Sequence record: SRR2962707_1678
Length of the DNA stretch: 48,781 nt
Strand: one strand, 5' to 3'
The translations under genes and the position numbers were made by a program. Under the pieces are notes generated by a model. The model saw only the letters and a program-made list of their open reading frames with translations. It searched no databases and was not told where the DNA came from. Of the stretch, positions 40,626 to 48,781 are shown piece by piece; position 1 is the stretch's first letter, and each line of letters begins with the position of its first letter.

Positions 40626-40850
40626 CAGATAGCACCAAGTATTATCGGGGGCATAACGAAAAATGGAAATGAAATTACTGTTGTAGCCAGACCTTCTGAT
40701 GATAATAAGGTACTAGTTCATTACGATTCAGAATTTGATGTGCTTCAATATGTCGATGCTGAATTCTGGGGAGAAGATGGGATTAACCCTCCGATAAAAA
40801 TAACACTAGGACAACTCTTGAGAGAAACACAAATTGATCGAATACCCATA
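40626..40850 (+). pseudogene. Gene fragment, possibly the inverted 3' end of the adjacent sacsin-like gene
   Basis: Protein-like reading QIAPSIIGGITKNGNEITVVARPSD...QIDRIPI without its own credible start, antisense to the tail of the 1193-aa ORF. Confidence 0.45.
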
Positions 40851-43800
40851 AGGCATTCTGAATTTGCTCCTCCAGACCTTGAATCATTAATCAGCAATTG
40901 CCCTGGTGAATGAAAAAATTCGGAGGAAATGCTGTTTTGACTCTCTGTATCAATTGTAATATTCTGAAGTTCATCAGGTAGATCAATATTTTCCTGAGAA
41001 AAATAATCTAAAATTTCCTCGATGTTTGATCTTAGTAAAAAGTCCAGCTTCTTTTCATGCCCGAGTAGGTAAAAGTAACGGGTTAAAACTTCAGGTAACC
41101 TTAAAAGAACGCTATTGGAATACCATGGATCTGATACGTAAAGATTTGGCTTATCAAAATGGACATTGACGTTCTTACTGAAACCAATATTTGGATAAGT
41201 GATCTTCAATTCAGTTGCTTGATGAATCTTTAGTTTACTGACTTTGTCTTGAAGATTACTTAGAACATCTACTTCACTATCACTACTAGACTCGTGTTCA
41301 ACCCATATTTTGAAGAGTGGAATAACACTATTCAAACGCTCAGCTAAAATTGAGCATGGTTCTTTATTTTTTGGAATTAGTTGAAAATCACTTTGCCTAA
41401 GGATTGTTACATTGAAGTGTCTTAAGAGTTTTTCTATGTTTTGGTGTTTTTTGTTCTCAGCGCTTAGAGATAGAAAAGGAAATTGACCCTGGAAAATAGA
41501 TTCGTTTCCATCAATGAAACACATGACCTCATCACAATTTGTAAATTGTCGTTGATTATTTAGTAAAAGTCCAGATTGAGACCATTCTTCGATAAGAGAA
41601 ATATCAGAGGAACTCCAATTAGGGCATGAGTCTAATAAATGGGTATATACTTTTTGAATGCATTTGCGATTTTCACTTTTGACATGTTGCTCATCGGTGG
41701 TATCTGAAGATATGCTATCGAGTAAATCCAAATAGTCGGATAACTCCAAGTTTGTTCGAAAACCAAAGAATGATTTCCAATCGGGAGTTAGTTCTGGGCC
41801 TTTAAAGACAGGCAAGTATTCACCAGCAAGATCTATTATGTCATCCGTATTGAGTAAAACGGAGCTTGCTTTTATGCATTTACCTGTGGCAACAGGTATG
41901 CAATCTTTGTTTTTGATAAACCAGGGAATATAGTTTTCAATTGTGACACCATTAATTTGGCCACCCATGTGAGAATATCCCCAATAGGCTCGTCCAGGTT
42001 CGTTCAATGCTTCCAATTCAATATTCTCAATGACATCCCTCCAGAACCTGATTGATAGCTCATATGAATTGGTCTCATTTAGATATGTTAATGAGGTTAG
42101 ATTTGAAAAGGAGTCAGCTGAAAAGCTGTTATTATAAAATCGATTATTGTACTCGTTAAAAAAATCATCTAACCAACCGAACTGGATAAAATTTTCTGTT
42201 GATGTCTTATTGGGTAATAGGATAGGAGAAATTCCTTCATTTACCCCAAGCATTTTAAAAAAACGTTTCCATTCATCTTTGTCAGCCTTGTCAGTGCAAT
42301 ACTCGTTGCTTACAAAAATGTCTATCCCTAAAACCTCTTCGATTTCAAGTCTTGGAGAATATAAATTAGATAAATAACATTCTTCAGCTATTTGTAAGGT
42401 TCCTTTTTGTGTAAGCAGCTTTATTCTTGATAAACGATTCAGTAAATCTTCTTTAAGCTGATTTTTTCGGTATAGAAGAAATAAATCTTGGATTGTTTGA
42501 ATGGCATTCTGTGCGGTCACATAGCTTTCTATATTGGGAATAAGAGTTTGATGGATATAGGTAATGTCCGTTTTTTCGGCCATACCCAATGTCTCCAGCC
42601 AAAACCTCACTTCTCCTTCTTTTGCTAGCCACTCTTTTAGTGTAGGGTGTATAAATGATAAGACACTTTTTGGGTCCTCCCAATTTTGGTCATCTGGGGC
42701 TGGAAAGCAGAGGTCCGATGGCGTATTTAATACCGCTTTATGATCTCGAATAAATGGCAGCTTCTTGAGGAATTCGATCGATACCTCAGCTGGTTTTTCA
42801 GATTCACAGAGAATCTTAAGATGTTTGATCAGTTGAATATTGTTATCTATAGATAGAACATCTGAAAGGCTTTGTGATTTCAGCAACGTAAGAGCGTCAC
42901 TCCACTCAAAACTGGATGCTCCCAGTTTCTTGAAAATGTGACCAAATCCAGTGTTCGCAGCAAATTTCTCCTTGCCATTTTGATTTTGGTTGATGAAGTT
43001 TTTGATAGGGTCACGTCCAATAAAATCCTTGTCGGAAAGAAACGTGAAGTCAATAATCGCATTCTCAATTTTTACTATTTCCTTTTCATTGGTAATTATG
43101 AAAGGTATAGACTTTAATGCCTCATCAATTCCATTATTGAACTCAATTGCCAACAGGTCATTCATGACAGTTCTATCAGGAATCAATTGATATGCTTGAT
43201 ATTCATATTCGGATGTTACCAATTCAGATATCCACTTAAATATTTCTAAAGGAATGGTTTTGAATAACCACTGATTCCATTTTGAATCTACATGAAGTTT
43301 TTCTCTGCTAGCAGTTGTTAGAAAGCTTGTATTGACCAATATGGGTAATGAGTATCTTGTTTCATCGGTGGGTAGATATGAATATAGAAGTTTGTCCTGA
43401 GGCGATAGTTTCTTAATACCATCTTTTCCAAGCTCTGCTGCCATAGACATCTCTATGGTGTCAGCTTTGAGAAGTTTGTCAGGAATGTTTCTCTCGTCTT
43501 GAAGAGATGTTGTTAGGTCGTCCGGTACCGGAAGGTTAATTGTTGTGGTCAACCAAGTAGATTTTAAATCATCTCCTTCTTTTAATGAAATTTTGTTCTG
43601 TATTGTCCTGTCTATTTCGATTGAAACAGAGGGTATTTGAATATCAAAATCGATACTTGATATATTTCTTAGAAAAAGAAACATATTAAGATTCTTAGAA
43701 AGGACTTCAATGGCCCCTCTGGTTTCCTTTTGATTTTTTAGTTGAACTATAGTGGCAACTTTTGCATCAATGCTTTTTAAGTATTGATTAATTGGTTGGG

Positions 43801-44326
43801 GAATTTCCTGTTCATTCGTGAAAATTGGGATAATTTGCCAGGGGAACTGGAATTTTCTATCATTCTCTTTCTCCCACGTTTCTATTGAATCCCCCCATTT
43901 CCAATCAAAAGGGTATGATGAATCAAACCTGAAATATTCGCCATTGGTGAATATGGTCACACGCTCTGATTGTCCAAAAACGGATTTAAAACCAATGCCC
44001 TTATAGCCCGTTTTATTGGGGTCGGATTTTTTTGTACCATCATCCACGTTGCATATCCCACGAAGATCGCGAGATGTAAACGGTTTTCCTGAATGTGCTA
44101 GGATTAGGTAACCATCTACTATTTTGATCCAAACCTTAACTGGTTCATTATTCTGGTGTGAATCGTCAGCATTTTGAAGTAGTTCATAAATGAATCGTTT
44201 AGAATCAGTATATAAATCTCCTGATAAAGCGTTTAGTGAACGAGCTTGGTTCACTGCAAGGCCAGGTGTAGTGTAGCCTGCTGTGTGTTCTTGGAATATT
44301 TTGTCAATGTAAGGTTTTAGGCTCAT
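40745..44326 (-). CDS. Sacsin/NOV-like protein with N-terminal GHKL (HSP90-like) ATPase; C-terminus possibly disrupted
   Basis: RFIYELLQNADDS, GKPF...D..GIC, TGYKGIGFKSVF; YSYLPT...LP..VN..F; repeated W..F...LG modules. Confidence 0.85.
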   Translation of the reverse strand: MSLKPYIDKIFQEHTAGYTTPGLAVNQARSLNALSGDLYTDSKRFIYELLQNADDSHQNNEPVKVWIKIVDGYLILAHSGKPFTSRDLRGICNVDDGTKKSDPNKTGYKGIGFKSVFGQSERVTIFTNGEYFRFDSSYPFDWKWGDSIETWEKENDRKFQFPWQIIPIFTNEQEIPQPINQYLKSIDAKVATIVQLKNQKETRGAIEVLSKNLNMFLFLRNISSIDFDIQIPSVSIEIDRTIQNKISLKEGDDLKSTWLTTTINLPVPDDLTTSLQDERNIPDKLLKADTIEMSMAAELGKDGIKKLSPQDKLLYSYLPTDETRYSLPILVNTSFLTTASREKLHVDSKWNQWLFKTIPLEIFKWISELVTSEYEYQAYQLIPDRTVMNDLLAIEFNNGIDEALKSIPFIITNEKEIVKIENAIIDFTFLSDKDFIGRDPIKNFINQNQNGKEKFAANTGFGHIFKKLGASSFEWSDALTLLKSQSLSDVLSIDNNIQLIKHLKILCESEKPAEVSIEFLKKLPFIRDHKAVLNTPSDLCFPAPDDQNWEDPKSVLSFIHPTLKEWLAKEGEVRFWLETLGMAEKTDITYIHQTLIPNIESYVTAQNAIQTIQDLFLLYRKNQLKEDLLNRLSRIKLLTQKGTLQIAEECYLSNLYSPRLEIEEVLGIDIFVSNEYCTDKADKDEWKRFFKMLGVNEGISPILLPNKTSTENFIQFGWLDDFFNEYNNRFYNNSFSADSFSNLTSLTYLNETNSYELSIRFWRDVIENIELEALNEPGRAYWGYSHMGGQINGVTIENYIPWFIKNKDCIPVATGKCIKASSVLLNTDDIIDLAGEYLPVFKGPELTPDWKSFFGFRTNLELSDYLDLLDSISSDTTDEQHVKSENRKCIQKVYTHLLDSCPNWSSSDISLIEEWSQSGLLLNNQRQFTNCDEVMCFIDGNESIFQGQFPFLSLSAENKKHQNIEKLLRHFNVTILRQSDFQLIPKNKEPCSILAERLNSVIPLFKIWVEHESSSDSEVDVLSNLQDKVSKLKIHQATELKITYPNIGFSKNVNVHFDKPNLYVSDPWYSNSVLLRLPEVLTRYFYLLGHEKKLDFLLRSNIEEILDYFSQENIDLPDELQNITIDTESQNSISSEFFHSPGQLLINDSRSGGANSECLMGIRSICVSLKSCPSVIFIGGLIPSSPQNSASTY

Positions 44327-44397
44327 TTAGTGATTCTTTATTTAAATCATTTAACTCCTGATGATTATATGGTTTGCTAAATATTATCTTCAATAAA

Positions 44398-44423
44398 TAT
44401 ATCATATTATGATATAATATCAT
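44398..44423. promoter_or_regulatory. Overlapping palindromes, candidate XRE operator
   Basis: TATATCATA-T-TATGATATA (44398-44416) overlapping ATGATAT-A-ATATCAT (44409-44423) in the divergent intergenic region. Confidence 0.45.
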
Positions 44424-44458
44424 CTCAATTCGTTATTTTTAATTCTCATCAATTTTAA

Positions 44459-44659
44459 TTGCTGGTGAATAGAATTAAAGCGGTATTAGAAGAAAAAGGT
44501 ATAAAGCAGACGTGGCTTGCTGACAAGTTGTCAAAGAGCTACAATATGACTAATGCTTATGTACAAAATAGAAGACAGCCTAGTTTAGAAGATCTGTACA
44601 AAATTGCAGAAATACTTGATGTTGATGTTAGACAGCTCATTGAACCATCCAAAAAATAA
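44459..44659 (+). CDS. XRE/Cro-C1 helix-turn-helix regulator
   Basis: NRIK.VL.EKG..QTWLA..L.KS....N....NRRQPSL..L..IA.IL.V; start TTG 44459 or GTG 44465. Confidence 0.9.
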   Translation: MLVNRIKAVLEEKGIKQTWLADKLSKSYNMTNAYVQNRRQPSLEDLYKIAEILDVDVRQLIEPSKK

Positions 44660-44664
44660 GGTGT

Positions 44665-46017
44665 ATGGCTAAGTATATTCCAGAGCAACATATAACAGGA
44701 GAGCTAGGAGTCAATAAGTTTCAAACCTACTGTCTTAAACATAAACCATTTATTATTTTCAGAGAGGAGAGTAAAAATGATTTTGGAATTGATGGAGAAG
44801 TAGAGATCGCAGAATATGATGATACAAAAAAGCTAGTAGCTTCTGGAGAGATAATTAAAGTCCAAATAAAATCAACTTCAAAAGGTAGTTACATACATAA
44901 AGAGACAGAAACTTCATTCGAGTTCCGCGCTAATAAGGATGATATAGAATATTGGAATAGACACAACTTGGGAGTGATTCTTGTCATTTTTGATGAAGTA
45001 AATGAAACCCTGTACGCTAAGAAAATCGATCAATTTGATGTTGTAACCCTAAAAACAAAAGTTCCAATACAGTTTGACAAAGAAAGAAATAGACTGGCTG
45101 TAGGGGACAATGATTTTCGTGAAAGATTTTCCACACAATTCAAATCACGCGTTGATTTCTCAAGAAGTGAAAAAATCGCATTGAATATTTTCCCATTCTC
45201 AAAGATTCCCAAATACCTATTTGAATTTAAAAGCCATTATAAAGACCCCAAGGAGATATATAATATAGTGTCTGGCGATGACGCTCCAAATTTCAAGATT
45301 GTCGGTGATAGTATTTATACAATTTACGATGTTGCACTCTTTTCAGAGTTTAGAGATAAAATCATAGACTACAGTACCAAAGATCGTCATTCATTTAAGA
45401 AATCCCTTCTAGATGATAATCTTCACAATGTTTGCGTAGAACTTATCAATAGACAATTTTCAGAAACAGTCTACAAGAAGAAGATTAACTTCAATAGAAA
45501 GTATAAGCGTTATTTTTTTATGCCTCTATTTCGAGAGTTTGATGAAAAAACTGGCAGATTTCCCACTAGAATTGTCACTTACACACCAAAGAAAAGAAGC
45601 ACAGCTACAAGAACAGTAGTTAGCTATCATGAATACGGGAAGAGCCAGTTTTACAGGCATTTTGCTTTTGAAACAAAGCCAGTTTTAATTCAAGACCAGC
45701 TTTTCTTAATCATCAATCCACAATACTTCTTTACTTCAGATGGCAAAAATCCATTGGCTGATCCTGATGAAATCACTAAACTAACGAACTATTTAACAGC
45801 CAGAGAATTCAATGAACAGAACTTAAATCATATTCATTTTATCCACTCGTATCTGTCCAACAAGTATGGCAAGTTAACACTATGCGAAATAGAAGAGTCT
45901 GAGTTAGTGCTTGGCAATTATTTATCTGCAGACAGTGATTTCAGCATTGCCCTGGATTATACACCTGAAAAATCAACAATTGAGTCAAACCAAAAAAGTC
46001 TATTCGGAGATGATTAA
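44665..46017 (+). CDS. DUF4365 (DREN-type PD-(D/E)xK nuclease)-APAZ fusion, short-pAgo effector partner
   Basis: N-terminal GELG, FRE...DFGIDGEVEI, VQIKST; C-terminal APAZ-like YRHFAF...LIINPQYFFTSDG...EFN; overlaps the pAgo start. Confidence 0.85.
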   Translation: MAKYIPEQHITGELGVNKFQTYCLKHKPFIIFREESKNDFGIDGEVEIAEYDDTKKLVASGEIIKVQIKSTSKGSYIHKETETSFEFRANKDDIEYWNRHNLGVILVIFDEVNETLYAKKIDQFDVVTLKTKVPIQFDKERNRLAVGDNDFRERFSTQFKSRVDFSRSEKIALNIFPFSKIPKYLFEFKSHYKDPKEIYNIVSGDDAPNFKIVGDSIYTIYDVALFSEFRDKIIDYSTKDRHSFKKSLLDDNLHNVCVELINRQFSETVYKKKINFNRKYKRYFFMPLFREFDEKTGRFPTRIVTYTPKKRSTATRTVVSYHEYGKSQFYRHFAFETKPVLIQDQLFLIINPQYFFTSDGKNPLADPDEITKLTNYLTAREFNEQNLNHIHFIHSYLSNKYGKLTLCEIEESELVLGNYLSADSDFSIALDYTPEKSTIESNQKSLFGDD

Positions 46018-47593
46018 GATTGAATTACTAAAAGAACCACTATTAGAATTCGGTGATGACTTCTTGTGTGATGATCCCAAAAAAGGGATTGAAATAGGTG
46101 GGTTCTATTCAAAAAGTCATGCAAGTCATCATTCTGAAATTCACTATGCTTTGATGGGCTCAAAAAGGAATATGGAACTCTTTTCTGAGTGGATTGAGAG
46201 CTTGAATCAGTTCATTGAGGCAAGTGCCTCTAAAAGTTCTCTCATTAATAATGAATCAACGATTATTGATGGTGAAATCTCTGATAACGAACAACTTGAA
46301 TTATTTGGTGAGCAACTATTAACCGAAGATGAAATCAATGAATCGGATACTGATGAACCTACAACTAACAAAAAGTTAAATCCTGACTTTCCCGGATTCA
46401 ATAAGGATTCTCCTTTCAAATCAGAATTTATCCATGACGAATTAAATAGGTCAAGGATAAGGGAAGATGCGATTGAAAAGATTATTAAGAGTAAAAAGTT
46501 AACGAAGCTCGAAAAAGCTGATGAAATCACTCTTTTATTAAAGGAAGGGTTTGAATTTTTGGTAGAAAATTTCTCCACTAAGCCTGACATATGCATAGTC
46601 ATTTTACCCTCCAATGTTTTCAAGCAACTCTCTTCAATTCCTTTTGGGAAAACTCATATCAATTTTAGAAGAAAGCTAAAAGCTGAATTAATATCGGTTT
46701 CTTCGGAAATTCCAATTCAAATTGTACTTGAAGATACCCTTCGAGAAACAAAAAAAAGTTTACAAGACAAATCGATGATCGCTTGGAATTTTAGTGTCGC
46801 TCAATATTATAAAACCAATTCAATTCCATGGTCTTTGACTGATATTGATAAGAATTCATGTTTTATTGGAATAAGTTTTCATAAGCTCATTGATCCTGAA
46901 AAAAGCTTAATGCGGTCTAGTGTGGCTCAAGCATTCAATAGAGAAGGCAGAGGTCTTGTATTTGTTGGAAAACCATTCGAGTGGGACAAGAAAACAACAA
47001 AAGTTGCAGCTCCACATCTCACATATGAATATGCCAAAAATTTAGTTGGAGACATTATTAATACTTATGTAGCTCAAAATCAAGGAATAAGACCAAATAG
47101 AGTAGTTGTTCATAAGACAACCGACTTCTGGAATTCAGCAATTAATGCAGATTATAGTGAAGTTGAAGGGCTAAAGGATGGGATACATGAGGTTTTAGGG
47201 GAAAGCATTGATATAGACCTTGTTACCATAAAAAACAGCGATATCAAGTTATTAAGAGAAAACGGAAAGTATCCAGTGATGAGAGGCACATATGCAGAAA
47301 TTGGTGACGATGATGCTATTCTTTACACAACAGGATATATCCCTTATTTTGAAACATTCCCTGGCATGCATATGCCTCAACCAAAACTCATTAGCCTTTA
47401 TGAAGGTGAAACTTCAATTAAGAACGTTTGTCGGGAAATTCTAGCCTTGACTAAAATGAATTTCAATAATTGTAATTACTATGATAGTCTGCCAATAACA
47501 TTAAGGTTTGCCCAGAAGGTAGGGGAGATCATCCAGTATTTTCCTGAAAATGAAGAATTCAAGCCTCCAAATAGATACTATTTTTATATGTAA
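46010..47593 (+). CDS. Short prokaryotic Argonaute (MID-PIWI), catalytically inactive
   Basis: EPLLEFG, FPGF, FRRKLKA, PIQI, AWNF..A.YYK...PW, CFIGISF, VVVHK, RGT, LYTTG, ILALTKMNFN, LPITLRFA.KVG.I, C-terminal YYFYM; ATGATTAA overlap with upstream gene. Confidence 0.95.
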   Translation: MIKIELLKEPLLEFGDDFLCDDPKKGIEIGGFYSKSHASHHSEIHYALMGSKRNMELFSEWIESLNQFIEASASKSSLINNESTIIDGEISDNEQLELFGEQLLTEDEINESDTDEPTTNKKLNPDFPGFNKDSPFKSEFIHDELNRSRIREDAIEKIIKSKKLTKLEKADEITLLLKEGFEFLVENFSTKPDICIVILPSNVFKQLSSIPFGKTHINFRRKLKAELISVSSEIPIQIVLEDTLRETKKSLQDKSMIAWNFSVAQYYKTNSIPWSLTDIDKNSCFIGISFHKLIDPEKSLMRSSVAQAFNREGRGLVFVGKPFEWDKKTTKVAAPHLTYEYAKNLVGDIINTYVAQNQGIRPNRVVVHKTTDFWNSAINADYSEVEGLKDGIHEVLGESIDIDLVTIKNSDIKLLRENGKYPVMRGTYAEIGDDDAILYTTGYIPYFETFPGMHMPQPKLISLYEGETSIKNVCREILALTKMNFNNCNYYDSLPITLRFAQKVGEIIQYFPENEEFKPPNRYYFYM

Positions 47594-47616
47594 AATCGAT
47601 AGGGGACTATACACAC

Positions 47617-48627
47617 ATGGAAACACTGCCATCCAAATTTTTAAAGCTTAAACAAGACAGCAATAGTATCACTTCTAATCCTTTATTGAGACATTTTAAT
47701 CAGGATGCCTTAGATCACATCGAGAAGGAGTCGATCAATGACAAATACATAATGTCTAAGAGAAATAAAATGTTAGATCTGATAAGGAACATGGGTGTTG
47801 ATTTTGACCCTAAGCTTAAAAGTGCCTTTGATGAATACAGTGAAGCATTGGTTTACCTAGATCTTAGGCGAAAGTTTGGTTCAATCACGCCAATTCCAGA
47901 GGAAAAAGGGAAGAAAACACCCGATTTTAAAGTTGACCATCAAATTGATAGTGTCAGTAATATTCTTGTTTTTGCAGAATTGAAATCTTTATCCTTTGCT
48001 TCAGGAAACTTAAATTATAAAGATTCAATGAATCAATCATTGGATGCACAAATCAATATTGAAGAACAACATAAAGCTGGAAATAAGATTGGATTTGGTA
48101 TATCCGAAGTGGCACCATTGAGGAATTTAAATAAAGACTATGATCCATATTCAACCAAGTACTGTGTTGAATCTATTATTGAAAAAATTGATCATAACAT
48201 CAAAGCTGGTCAGTATGAATCAGGAGAAACAGTTCTTTTAATAAATACTGAGCAAATAATATTTCAGAGTAATCATATTGAAGGAGCCTTACCTTTTTAT
48301 CGAGGTGGACAAGTTGATTCATTGATTAGTGGTGTTCAATGGAGTGTAGCATTTGGCAAATTGGGAAATTTAATATTTCGACCGATAGAATTTGAGGGAT
48401 CGAAAAATGTAGATGGCCAATTGAATTTCAATGGGATTTTAGAGTCTTACGATTTCATAAAAGCTATTTGTTTCATTCATCAGTTAAATCATAAGGAGTG
48501 CAAAGTGCTTGGTCTGTATCGATACCACGATCAAAGCGATAACCTGCTGAACTTTCTGAATATTTACTGCGATGTAATCAATGATGATTTAAATAGTCAT
48601 GCTTGGGAAATTGAACAATTGTTATAG
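47617..48627 (+). CDS. Hypothetical protein with PD-(D/E)xK nuclease-like motif
   Basis: Helix EYSEALVY, then KKTPDFKV and FAELKSL; starts 23 bp after the pAgo stop. Confidence 0.6.
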   Translation: METLPSKFLKLKQDSNSITSNPLLRHFNQDALDHIEKESINDKYIMSKRNKMLDLIRNMGVDFDPKLKSAFDEYSEALVYLDLRRKFGSITPIPEEKGKKTPDFKVDHQIDSVSNILVFAELKSLSFASGNLNYKDSMNQSLDAQINIEEQHKAGNKIGFGISEVAPLRNLNKDYDPYSTKYCVESIIEKIDHNIKAGQYESGETVLLINTEQIIFQSNHIEGALPFYRGGQVDSLISGVQWSVAFGKLGNLIFRPIEFEGSKNVDGQLNFNGILESYDFIKAICFIHQLNHKECKVLGLYRYHDQSDNLLNFLNIYCDVINDDLNSHAWEIEQLL

Positions 48628-48781
48628 AATCCGATAAAAAATTAATCACATTATGTTAAGTAAGGTTTGAGCGTTGGCCTGCCAAAATACCCGGGCGTGG
48701 GCTGGCCTTTGTGCGGCTGATAGGTGATTATTTTGGCTAGATTTTTTGTTTACTTTTTTATCAATGAAAAAAGTAAAAGCC

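Noticed and set aside
40440-40913. Intact 157-aa plus-strand gene
   Set aside because: It starts 1 bp from the divergent EF-hand start with no promoter room, and its first ~60 codons look non-coding; only 40626-40850 is kept as a fragment.
45911-46009. N-terminal extension of pAgo in the ORF track
   Set aside because: It overlaps the APAZ gene; the ATG at 46010 directly precedes the conserved EPxLxFG.
44665-46017. SPARTA (TIR) or SPARSA (Sir2) effector
   Set aside because: The N-terminus has DUF4365-type D-x-G-I-D...Q-x-K motifs, not TIR or Sir2 motifs.
46010-47593. Catalytically active or long Argonaute
   Set aside because: No N/PAZ domains, and the DEDX positions are replaced (GISF, HKTT).

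Overview
Chromosomal window from a Bacteroidota genome, probably Cytophagales/Flavobacteriales-like. This is inferred from TAnnTTTG -7 promoter boxes and the gene content. (1) 1-22.6 kb is an anaerobiosis/nitrosative-stress block: ric, an Rrf2 regulator, a minus-strand run nrdJ - FMN-barrel-like hypothetical - nadA - nadB - thioesterase, a porin, and a non-canonical periplasmic nitrate reductase operon (napD, napA, two tetraheme cytochromes, NrfC-like, NrfD-like; no napC/napGH). His-rich membrane proteins, a degenerate cysteine dioxygenase and two USPs follow. Repeated candidate Rrf2 boxes (WAARGAT-N6-ATCYTTW) and FNR-like boxes are visible. (2) 22.8-40.4 kb is mixed housekeeping and accessory DNA: RND pair, HExxH peptidase, Gre-like factor, SiaC, PAS, SPOR, ABC-F, an unknown 4-gene AT-rich cluster, tandem csp, floA, an EF-hand protein and a cluster of REP-like palindromes. 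(3) 40.6-48.8 kb is an AT-rich defence island. A sacsin/HSP90-like ATPase gene with an apparently rearranged 3' end is divergent from an XRE regulator, a DUF4365 nuclease-APAZ fusion, a catalytically inactive short prokaryotic Argonaute (SPARDA-type pair) and an extra PD-(D/E)xK-like gene. The most notable details are this extra nuclease, an acidic insertion in the Argonaute, and beta-clamp-binding-like pentapeptides (QLELF, QKSLF) in both SPARDA subunits. All calls come from motif recognition by eye; no searches were run.
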